Of a stretch of DNA of 34,464 bases, positions 1 through 6,699 are shown in pieces. Position numbers and translations under genes: made by a program. The number at the start of each line of letters is the position of its first letter. Position 1 is the first letter of the stretch. The notes under the pieces were generated by a model. That model was not told the DNA's origin. It made no database searches and saw only the letters and a list, made by a program, of their open reading frames with translations. Source of the DNA: a virus (lineage: Duplodnaviria > Caudoviricetes); the IMG/VR virus record IMGVR_UViG_3300005512_003938, positions 1 to 34,464 of that record. One strand, 5' to 3'.

Positions 1-776
1 TCTCCATGCAGCATCCAATCTAGTAAACGGTTTAAGAGTGGCAAATGATACATGAGCCACGGCCACATGATCGAGATAATATAGATGAGGTTGATCAGCG
101 CCCATCTCACGAGCACCCACCAGACCCACTCTTTAATACGTCGGTCGCGCGCTCGGCTCTTGACCTTCTTAGGACCGCCGAGCCGCTTGACCTTCTCACT
201 GCCTGGTGGTGGCTGCAGAGATTCAATCCTGACCCCCACAGCATAGATCGTCTGAGGTTCTCGGACACCCTTGAATCGGTAAAGACCAACGCAGACATAG
301 CGCGTTCCTTTCGGTGTGTAGCCATTGACTCGACCTTTGATATGCTTGAAGGCCTCCTCAGTGAGCAGGACCTGACCAGCCTGACATAAGCTCATGGTTC
401 GCGCCGCTATATTCTTAGCCACGCCCTCCAACTCGACCGGCTTAGCGCCGACCATCACGTCAAGCTCATCCTGTGTCACCTCTGCGACGATGCCGACATG
501 TAGACCTATCCTCGTATTAATCTTGATCTTAGGCGGTATGTCACGCTGATAGATCAGGCAGAAGTTTACCGCGTTAATGGGGGATTCAAACGAGAGCAGG
601 AAGCCATCAGACCTGTCTATCTCTCGACCACTGAAACGATGCATGAGAGAGCGGGTGAGCCTGTCGTGATACTGCAGCCATCGCGCCGCCTTCATGGGGC
701 CGACTCTGGAAACGAACGCAGTTGAGCCGATGAGATCGAGGAGGACTATGGCTAATCGTCTCTCTTTGATCTCCAT
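1..776 (-). CDS. Class III (adenylate/guanylate-type) nucleotidyl cyclase with predicted C-terminal transmembrane segment; 3' end runs off the window (>258 aa)
   Basis: Not in ORF track (no stop in window). Hand translation from ATG at 776 (SD AGGAG upstream): MEIKERRLAIVLLDLIGSTAF...GREIDRSDGFLLSF...TRIGLHVG...GAKPVELEGVAKNIAARTMSLCQAGQVLLT...YRFKGVREPQTIYAV... Has both metal Asp (D14, D57), RIGLHxG, NxAAR (N122, R126), GQVL and FKG motifs. Hydrophobic WVWWVLVRWALINLIYIISIMWPWLMY near the C-end. Confidence 0.88.
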   Translation of the reverse strand, partial: MEIKERRLAIVLLDLIGSTAFVSRVGPMKAARWLQYHDRLTRSLMHRFSGREIDRSDGFLLSFESPINAVNFCLIYQRDIPPKIKINTRIGLHVGIVAEVTQDELDVMVGAKPVELEGVAKNIAARTMSLCQAGQVLLTEEAFKHIKGRVNGYTPKGTRYVCVGLYRFKGVREPQTIYAVGVRIESLQPPPGSEKVKRLGGPKKVKSRARDRRIKEWVWWVLVRWALINLIYIISIMWPWLMYHLPLLNRLLDWMLHG

Positions 777-779
777 GAT

Positions 780-935
780 TCACTCCTGATCGACATCAAT
801 ATCCACACCGACGCTACCACATTCACCATGATTATTGAGATCACTATCAGGGTCGCTATGCTCATCTTCATCCTCACATATACAGTCTACTCGGCCACAC
901 TGAGCGCATAGGGTCTCGTCGAGGTCCTCACACAT
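780..935 (-). CDS. 51-aa acidic Cys-rich peptide (possible Zn-binding)
   Basis: ATG overlaps the thyX-like stop (TGATG at 937-933) and it ends 3 nt before the cyclase ATG. MCEDLDETLCAQCGRVDCICEDEDEHSDPDSDLNNHGECGSVGVDIDVDQE has CxxC-x4-CxC. Below the ORF-track cutoff. Confidence 0.7.
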   Translation of the reverse strand: MCEDLDETLCAQCGRVDCICEDEDEHSDPDSDLNNHGECGSVGVDIDVDQE

Positions 936-1597
936 CAGTGAGACTCTTCGTAGGCTAGATCACCGAGGAGCGCGCCGAGGCTGATGGGGAAATGCTTCAT
1001 TAAGATACAGCGCGCCGCTTTAGCAACAGCCAAAGTCTCAGGCTGAGTGTAAGGTGTTAGCCTGAGCCTGAGGAACTCAACCCAGTGGATGAGATTGCCA
1101 CTCATCCAAAAGTGAGAATAGAGGCTCTGAGGTAGCACAGCACGCGCCTGACTTTTGGTCACCCCTGAGGCTAACATTAACTCGTAGAACGCGGCGCAGT
1201 TTGTGTGATGCTGATCCCAGCACTCAAGCCAGTGATCGGACTCCTCAACGGTCTCATCATCGTCACAGCCACGGAGCTCCTCAGGTGTCCACAGGCTGAT
1301 GTTGGGTGCTATGCTTTGATCCTCCTCTGTATATGTGAAGTCATCAGACTCCATAATCTGAGACCGTACAAATAGAGGAACACTCATCTTAAGAGTAGCG
1401 GCGCAGTGACTAAACGGTGCGGTCTCCCCCTGCCTCACTAGATACTCGATGAGCTTAACATCTCGATCAGTAATCTGCAGCGGAGAGGAGGTAGACTGAT
1501 CAAAGTAGCTCACCCGCGCTGATCTAGCTGGCGTCGAGTCATACCCCATAGAGGCGATGTAGCGCACTTCACCCACGTCATCATTGTAGATTCTCAT
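935..1597 (-). CDS. thyX: ThyX (FAD-dependent thymidylate synthase)-fold protein with degenerate catalytic motif
   Basis: Keeps ThyX hallmarks (ARVSY, LIEYL, PFSH, VPLFVRSQ, QARAVLPQ, SGNL..W..FLRLR, QPE), but the RHR-x7-SxRY motif reads ESD-x7-DQSI. Confidence 0.8.
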   Translation of the reverse strand: MRIYNDDVGEVRYIASMGYDSTPARSARVSYFDQSTSSPLQITDRDVKLIEYLVRQGETAPFSHCAATLKMSVPLFVRSQIMESDDFTYTEEDQSIAPNISLWTPEELRGCDDDETVEESDHWLECWDQHHTNCAAFYELMLASGVTKSQARAVLPQSLYSHFWMSGNLIHWVEFLRLRLTPYTQPETLAVAKAARCILMKHFPISLGALLGDLAYEESH

Positions 1598-1817
1598 TAG
1601 ACCTTCTCAGCTCTCTTAAGACTTTGGCGTAGAGCAGACGCTCAGCCCTCTGCTCTGGTGTCTCGTTAAGCATATACTCTTTTCTCTGCTGTCTCGCCTT
1701 CTCTTTCACATGTGGTCTAGCGCGATATGCTCTCATATATGCTGCTCGCTTGGCCTTGACCTCTGGACGAGCTCGATACTCTCTCTTCCGTCTCTTTTGT
1801 GCTTCGCTTAATGCCAT
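1581..1817 (-). CDS. 78-aa highly basic helical protein, possible nucleic-acid binder
   Basis: TGATG-coupled to the terL stop and overlaps the thyX-like start. Arg/Lys-rich with internal repeat YRARPEVK/YRARPHVK. Confidence 0.7.
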   Translation of the reverse strand: MALSEAQKRRKREYRARPEVKAKRAAYMRAYRARPHVKEKARQQRKEYMLNETPEQRAERLLYAKVLRELRRSNENLQ

Positions 1818-3184
1818 CAGAAACTTCTCCTCTTTGCTCCACCCACCTTCACACGACGACTCTGAGAGGCAGATGAGCGCGGCTGATATTGGCGTTGATC
1901 AACTATGGAGTCAGCCCACCTCCAAGTGATGCAGTCATAGCGGAGAGCGTCAAGCGGATCCTCACGCCCGTCCTTCTTAGGTTGCTCTTTGTTGTCCCAG
2001 CCGTAGCTCATCAGAGCTTTCCTGATGCTGTTACCCATAGCTCGCTCGCCGCCATCCCATACCTCTTTAGTGATGAGGTATTGACCACGAGCAAAAGCAC
2101 GCTTAAGGCGCTGCACCCCGTTGAGGATGTCGGTCCTGATCGGGTCAGTGTTAGACCTGAGAGGCATACCGAGCCCATCAGGAGGCGCGGCGCGCATCGC
2201 TCGGAATGCTGAGCGCCCTGTCTGGTCGTTCCTTGCTCGGCCTGCTTTATCGGCTACTCCATTATCAAGCCATATGCGATCACTTGGTGCGGAGCTCCTC
2301 AACGAGCGCGGCCAAGCTATGGCGAGGATGAGTGTGGCGAGCTGAGAGGTGGTGACCTCTTGGGGGTTGATCTCGTGACAGATGACATCAGCGCCGAGCT
2401 CCTCGTCATGAACGATAATCAACACACTCGGCTTTCTGAATCCCCAGTCTATGGCGATTCGACCGCTCATGGTCGGCTTGTACTCCCAGCCGCTGATGAC
2501 GTGGCGCGACTCGTCGAACTCAGAGTAGATGAGCCCTGATGGTGGTCGAGGCCTGTTCATCACCATGGCCTCTCGCTCGGCCTCAGGCAAGAGCTTAGTG
2601 GCCTCAAACCACTCGGCGCTGAGGTTGGCGCTGTTTACATAGCTAGTGAAGAGGAGAGGCTGACACTCTGCCTCCTCAGCGAGATGGCACCACCAAGCGC
2701 CGCTCACTGGCAGGCCCACAAGGATCATTATCGGGCTCGGTCCTGCTCGAAGACGACCCATAGCTTTATGAGCTACCTCGGCGCTCAACGTCTGACACTC
2801 ATCGATAAGACAGACGCCAGAGGTGATATTGAGACCCTCAAGAGGGTTATGGGTCGCGTCTCGCGTCCCTGGTCGATAATACGAGCGACACCAAACAGTC
2901 GAGCCATTCGGCGCGCTCCACTGCCTAAGAGTATGGTTATACGTCCAGCCCAAAGGTGAGAGCCACTTCTCCATCTCAGGCATAAGCACAGAGTTATAAC
3001 GTGGGTTAGTGTCAGTGACGAGCAATGATGACGTGTTAGGCCTCACCCTCGACACGAAGAGGAGAGCGAAGACAAGCGCCGAGGTCTTACCACTACCCCA
3101 CCCACAACGAGCCGCGATGATCCGCTCATTCTGCGCTATGCGTGAGATGATCCCATGCTGCAGCTCGTTGAGGTTGATCGTCAC
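1817..3184 (-). CDS. terL: Terminase large subunit
   Basis: Walker A CGWGSGKT, Walker B CLIDE, nuclease motifs IAIDWG and EDPLDALRY. Probable start is GTG at 3184 (GTGA overlap with upstream ORF stop, GGAG SD) rather than 3238. Confidence 0.92.
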   Translation of the reverse strand: MTINLNELQHGIISRIAQNERIIAARCGWGSGKTSALVFALLFVSRVRPNTSSLLVTDTNPRYNSVLMPEMEKWLSPLGWTYNHTLRQWSAPNGSTVWCRSYYRPGTRDATHNPLEGLNITSGVCLIDECQTLSAEVAHKAMGRLRAGPSPIMILVGLPVSGAWWCHLAEEAECQPLLFTSYVNSANLSAEWFEATKLLPEAEREAMVMNRPRPPSGLIYSEFDESRHVISGWEYKPTMSGRIAIDWGFRKPSVLIIVHDEELGADVICHEINPQEVTTSQLATLILAIAWPRSLRSSAPSDRIWLDNGVADKAGRARNDQTGRSAFRAMRAAPPDGLGMPLRSNTDPIRTDILNGVQRLKRAFARGQYLITKEVWDGGERAMGNSIRKALMSYGWDNKEQPKKDGREDPLDALRYDCITWRWADSIVDQRQYQPRSSASQSRRVKVGGAKRRSF

Positions 3185-3435
3185 CCTATTGGCTCCATAC
3201 CCCATAGAGTCACGCGCCACCTCACCGAGGTCGTCCAACCATGAGCGCTCACGTCTGTGGTGATCACATCAGCGCCAACCTCCACATCAACATGATCCAT
3301 GTGGACGACGTTGGTCTCATCACCTTTCTCATCAGAGGCCAAGACGATGTGGTCACCGCCCTCGATTCGATAGCTCGACTTCTTCTTGCTCGGCGTCCTA
3401 GTCCATGAGCGAGTCAGGAGACATCTAGTCATCAT
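3181..3435 (-). CDS. Hypothetical ~84-aa protein between terS and terL
   Basis: ATGATG at 3435 overlaps the end of terS, and its stop overlaps the terL GTG. Coupling on both sides supports a real gene. Confidence 0.6.
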   Translation of the reverse strand: MMTRCLLTRSWTRTPSKKKSSYRIEGGDHIVLASDEKGDETNVVHMDHVDVEVGADVITTDVSAHGWTTSVRWRVTLWGMEPIG

Positions 3436-3865
3436 TCTCTTCTGTGTCATTTGAAGCCTCTTCATATGGTTTTGATATCTGCTCGAGCATAGAGATCACG
3501 ATGTCATCAGCCGCCTTGCTGGAGTCGTTGACGTTGACCTCAACCTCTCGCTTAGCGCCCCATCGATCAGGATAACGGCGCTCTAGGATCCAAGCATTGC
3601 CCCGCCAGTCCTGCTTGGCTTCTGCGTTCTCTTTGAGTCTCTGCAGTTGAACCGCCTCAGCAAAGTCTTTAGCGGCCTCAACCTCTTCAGTCCACTCACC
3701 ATCAGGCCCTGACTTTTCAAGCCAGCGATAATAAGTAGTCTTACCGATACCGCTGACAGAGCAAGCGGCCTCGATGCTCATGCCTGTTCTGATGTTGTCT
3801 AACAAGGCCTCTCGGCGCTGTCGGCGTTTAGCCTTGCGTTTCTCGTTCGTGGATGAGTCTGACAT
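3425..3865 (-). CDS. terS: Terminase small subunit (HTH type)
   Basis: N-terminal HTH (GMSIEAACSVSGIGKTTYYRWL) and DWRGNAWILERRYPDRWG motif typical of TerS-like proteins; lies upstream of terL. Confidence 0.82.
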   Translation of the reverse strand: MSDSSTNEKRKAKRRQRREALLDNIRTGMSIEAACSVSGIGKTTYYRWLEKSGPDGEWTEEVEAAKDFAEAVQLQRLKENAEAKQDWRGNAWILERRYPDRWGAKREVEVNVNDSSKAADDIVISMLEQISKPYEEASNDTEENDD

Positions 3866-4055
3866 TCTCTAACGTCTCCCTTATATGCTCTAATAGGTCT
3901 CTACTTTGACTATACAGATCATAATCTTGAGGGTCATCAAGGTCGAGGTCTTGCTCGAGCTGGATCACTAGGAGCCGCTCGAGCTCGGCGAGCGTTGGGT
4001 CATCTTCATCGCGCGCGCGCGTTGTTGGTTCCGTTGGTTCCATTTTTATAGACAT
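3828..4055 (-). CDS. Hypothetical acidic protein (~75 aa)
   Basis: In-frame ATG at 4055 preceded by GAGAGG; overlaps the terS start. Confidence 0.55.
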   Translation of the reverse strand: MSIKMEPTEPTTRARDEDDPTLAELERLLVIQLEQDLDLDDPQDYDLYSQSRDLLEHIRETLENVRLIHERETQG

Positions 4056-4091
4056 ATACCTCTCTCTTTCCCCATCGGGGCGCATTAAGTT

Positions 4092-4505
4092 TTAACGTCG
4101 TGTGAACCCATCCCCATAAGGAGCGTCCTGAGGCTGACTAAATGGCGTCTCAGGTCTGATCTGAGGCTCAGGAGGCAGGAACTGATCAGGCTCTTTAGCT
4201 GACAAGTCCCACCACTTGATGACCCTCACCTCCCATTGTCGGCGCTGTTGGCTGTCTTGGTAGCTCTTGAGTTGTCCCTCGACGTGGACTTTAACCCCTT
4301 TAGTGAGCTGAGCAGCTGCGCGGTTGGCGCTGTGTCCCCAGACCTTACAGCTATGCCACTCGGTCGACTTCTGCCACATGCCTGTCGAGTCCTTATAGCT
4401 CTCATGTGTAGCCAGCCTGAAATAACAATAAGGCTGACCCGATTGGGTTTGCCTGAGCTCGGCGTCTTGGCCGACGTTGCCGCAGAGTGTAATCCTGTTG
4501 ATCAT
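4092..4505 (-). CDS. ssb: Single-stranded DNA-binding protein
   Basis: MINRITLCGNVGQDAELR, FRLAT, TEWH, KGVKVHVEGQL are classical SSB OB-fold motifs; the tail lacks the canonical DDIPF. Confidence 0.93.
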   Translation of the reverse strand: MINRITLCGNVGQDAELRQTQSGQPYCYFRLATHESYKDSTGMWQKSTEWHSCKVWGHSANRAAAQLTKGVKVHVEGQLKSYQDSQQRRQWEVRVIKWWDLSAKEPDQFLPPEPQIRPETPFSQPQDAPYGDGFTRR

Positions 4506-4678
4506 CTGTTTTGTAACTCCTTCACCGGGTCTCGGTGCGCATCATAGAAGCGATTGAAAAGCTCTCTGAGCAACTGAGATCGAGACCAACCTAGACGCCG
4601 CGCTGATGAGTCGAGCTTACCCGCCTCTCTCAGAGTGAGCCTAATGGTGATGACTACCTCTTTGTTCTCTTCGCTCAT
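4502..4678 (-). CDS. Ribbon-helix-helix (CopG/Arc-like) regulator, 58 aa
   Basis: Likely start MSEENK at 4678 (SD AGGAG). Pattern VITIRLT..EAGKLD..ARRLGWSRSQLLRELF. ATGA overlap with ssb. Confidence 0.8.
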   Translation of the reverse strand: MSEENKEVVITIRLTLREAGKLDSSARRLGWSRSQLLRELFNRFYDAHRDPVKELQNR

Positions 4679-4787
4679 CTCTCTCCTGAAGATAGTAGGC
4701 CCTACCTGCGATCTGTGAAATCGGATACAAGGTAAAATCAAAGAGCACATTAACTCACGTCTAATGTGTGCAGGTAAGGGGATGAGT

Positions 4788-4842
4788 AGATTAATAGCTT
4801 ACTGCTTGCCTCGTCAAGAACTTTATGTATACATTGTATACA
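4788..4842 (-). promoter_or_regulatory. Putative leftward sigma70 promoter plus upstream palindromic operator
   Basis: Minus strand TTGACG (4817-4812)-N18-TAATCT (4793-4788). TGTATACA-T-TGTATACA palindrome at 4826-4842. Confidence 0.55.
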
Positions 4843-4883
4843 GGCTCAAGCTCATCCTGAGCACCGTAGCGAACACCGAGCCT

Positions 4884-4921
4884 AGACCCTGCCTCAGCTG
4901 TTGAGGTGGGGTCTTTCTTTT
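4884..4921 (+). terminator. Putative intrinsic terminator, + strand
   Basis: 14-bp stem AGACCCTGCCTCAG/TTGAGGTGGGGTCT with 3 G:U pairs, followed by TTCTTTT. Confidence 0.6.
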
Positions 4922-4991
4922 GATAGGCTCTTATCGCTTCTCCTCGCTTGTTCTCAGGGGCCTCCCATATCACCCTGAGAATGAGTGAGGT

Positions 4992-5903
4992 CTATCTCAC
5001 GCCCCATGCGCTCATATCGACCTGATCTAAGCGCCGATCACGACCGATCATCTCACAAGGTCTACGGAACATCGCGCCGAGTCTGCTCTTGACTGCTGGA
5101 TTGCTCGAGAAGATGTTGAGGAGCTGCTGAGGATAGACGTTAGAGGTCATGACCACAGCGAGCTCACCGGCGCTCCACTGTTGGTAGATCTCTTGAATCA
5201 ACTCCACAGTCTGACTCAGCCACCACGGAGACTTATTGGCGCTCCCACCAACACCAGCGAACTCATCGATCAAGAGCAGGTCGATGCCTGCCAGCCAGTC
5301 CTTGAGAGGGTCCTGAGCATCTTTGCTTTTCCAGCTCGCCTTGATCTTGTTCATAATCCCGATGTGAGAGATGTACCGAACCTTCACACCGAGGAAGGCC
5401 GCCTCACGAGCATAGCAGTAGAGCAGTGAGGTCTTACCATTGCCAGGAGGACCGTAGAAGTATTGGCCCTGAGGCTGACCCTCTAAACCGCTCCTGAGGT
5501 ATGTGAGCATAGAATCAATCTGTTGCCTCTGGTCTTGGCTGTCGGCGTCGTAGGTGGTGAAGCTCATATTGATGGCGTCTGATGGTAGCCTCATCTTGTC
5601 GAGTCGCTTAAGCCATCGCCTAGGACGCTCGCACTTGTGACACATCTGCGCTTCTTGCGCTGATCGATTAGGCAGCCAACGATAGTTCCAACCATCCTGA
5701 CACTCACCGCAATGAGGAACGAGCCGAGGGCGAAGATAGCCAGCGTCGAGGTCAACGAAGTCATGAGCCTCGAGGTTGTCTGGTCTCAGATGGCTATGAT
5801 CTGAGAAGAGAGTGGTTCGACCCTCAGCAGCTGCTCGAGCTCGCGCTTGCTCTTTGAGGTGAGGGATTGAGTTTAGAAATGGTGTCAGGTCAAGTTTCTT
5901 CAT
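4992..5903 (-). CDS. DnaC/IstB-like AAA+ helicase loader
   Basis: CGEC...CHKC Zn motifs, Walker A GPPGNGKT, Walker B LLLIDE, VMTSN, SRL, GRDRR. ATGA-coupled to the initiator. Confidence 0.9.
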   Translation of the reverse strand: MKKLDLTPFLNSIPHLKEQARARAAAEGRTTLFSDHSHLRPDNLEAHDFVDLDAGYLRPRLVPHCGECQDGWNYRWLPNRSAQEAQMCHKCERPRRWLKRLDKMRLPSDAINMSFTTYDADSQDQRQQIDSMLTYLRSGLEGQPQGQYFYGPPGNGKTSLLYCYAREAAFLGVKVRYISHIGIMNKIKASWKSKDAQDPLKDWLAGIDLLLIDEFAGVGGSANKSPWWLSQTVELIQEIYQQWSAGELAVVMTSNVYPQQLLNIFSSNPAVKSRLGAMFRRPCEMIGRDRRLDQVDMSAWGVR

Positions 5904-6586
5904 TTCGCGTAAGTCCTCTTCATCAGCTCTTGAGCCTCTTGCATCTTCTCTTGATGTGTCTTCTGTCTTCTAGGCTGAGTAGCAGGTCTGAGCCCTCGAC
6001 CTGATGAGGTACCCCAGAATGATGAGTTATCTCCTCTTACCTCTCTACTGCCCCAAGTCTCTCGCGCGCCGTTTAAGCTCTTGTTCTCTTCAATCAGATT
6101 ATTAGACTGATTATTAAGCTGATTGTTATTGTCCCTCACGCTGAGGGGTTCAGACCCTCTCTCTGAGGGGTTCAGACCCTCTCTCTGAGGGATTCCCTCA
6201 CTCTGAGGGGATAGGTTGACACCCTCATTTTGAGGGATTCCCTCACTCTGAGGGATTGCCTCACGCTGAGGGATTCCCTCACTCTGAGGGGATGAGTCTG
6301 CATAAGTCCTTAATACCTTTAGGTTTAGGTAAATGGATCTCACCTTGTCTGCTCTGCCTGTGTCGATTCGCTGAATCAGACTGAGCTTGCGGAGCTCTCC
6401 AAAGATACGCTCGATGGTGGCAGTGCTGAGAGAGTCATTCAGCGCGCTCTTAATATAAGAGACACTCATGGGCTTTGGCTCCCATGTGCTGAAGTCTAGC
6501 TTGTAGATGATGGTGATCAGTACCAGCTTAGTATTGGCCTTGAGAGGTGATCTCAGAGCTAGGCCTAGCGCCTCGTGTTGCTTCAT
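5900..6586 (-). CDS. Replication initiator (lambda O-like architecture, N-terminal wHTH)
   Basis: N-terminal HTH-like region (LSTATIERIFGELRKLSLI), internal iteron array encoding PQSEGI repeats, located directly upstream of the DnaC-like gene. Confidence 0.8.
   Translation of the reverse strand: MKQHEALGLALRSPLKANTKLVLITIIYKLDFSTWEPKPMSVSYIKSALNDSLSTATIERIFGELRKLSLIQRIDTGRADKVRSIYLNLKVLRTYADSSPQSEGIPQREAIPQSEGIPQNEGVNLSPQSEGIPQREGLNPSERGSEPLSVRDNNNQLNNQSNNLIEENKSLNGARETWGSREVRGDNSSFWGTSSGRGLRPATQPRRQKTHQEKMQEAQELMKRTYAK
6133..6290. repeat. Replication origin: 8 palindromic 15-bp iterons CCCTC(A/T)-N3-TGAGGG
   Basis: Copies start at 6133, 6155, 6177, 6195, 6222, 6240, 6258 and 6276. An adjacent AT-rich tract at ~6070-6132 has three GATT(A/G)TTA repeats. 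Confidence 0.88.
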
Positions 6587-6699
6587 GTCTTGGTCTCCCT
6601 TAATGTGAAGTTAAATAAAGTTTACATAACCTACTTGACATAAAGTTAATCGTGTGTCAAATGTAAAGTATCTTTTACTCCTGACTCTGTGAGAGAGAC
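6587..6699. promoter_or_regulatory. Divergent AT-rich control region
   Basis: TTGACA (6635-6640) and TGTCAA (6655-6660) form an inverted pair, flanked by TTTACAT (6621) and ATGTAAA (6661). TAAAGT occurs three times (6616, 6641, 6664). Confidence 0.7.

Larger units (their letters stand above)
4700..4990 (+). ncRNA. Candidate structured non-coding RNA(s) in the RHH-dnaC intergenic region
   Basis: Three structured domains (4700-4780, 4868-4938, 4942-4990). Several G:U pairs work only on the + strand. Confidence 0.45.

Noticed and set aside
45-389. ORF-track entries 45..389 (+) and 107..325 (-)
   Set aside because: Shadow or alternate frames of the motif-bearing cyclase ORF (776 to <1).
935-1597. 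Functional thymidylate synthase as an auxiliary metabolic gene
   Set aside because: The RHR-x7-SxR residues needed for FAD/dUMP binding are absent.
4700-4780. tRNA gene
   Set aside because: Cloverleaf-like pairing but no TTCG T-loop, no proper D-arm or anticodon geometry, and no CCA end.
4791-4973. 60-aa minus-strand ORF
   Set aside because: No recognisable motif, and it overlaps promoter, operator and hairpin elements; more likely non-coding, though not excluded.
6133-6290. CRISPR array
   Set aside because: Repeats are 15 bp with 3-12 bp gaps inside a coding gene and there are no cas genes; this fits iterons.
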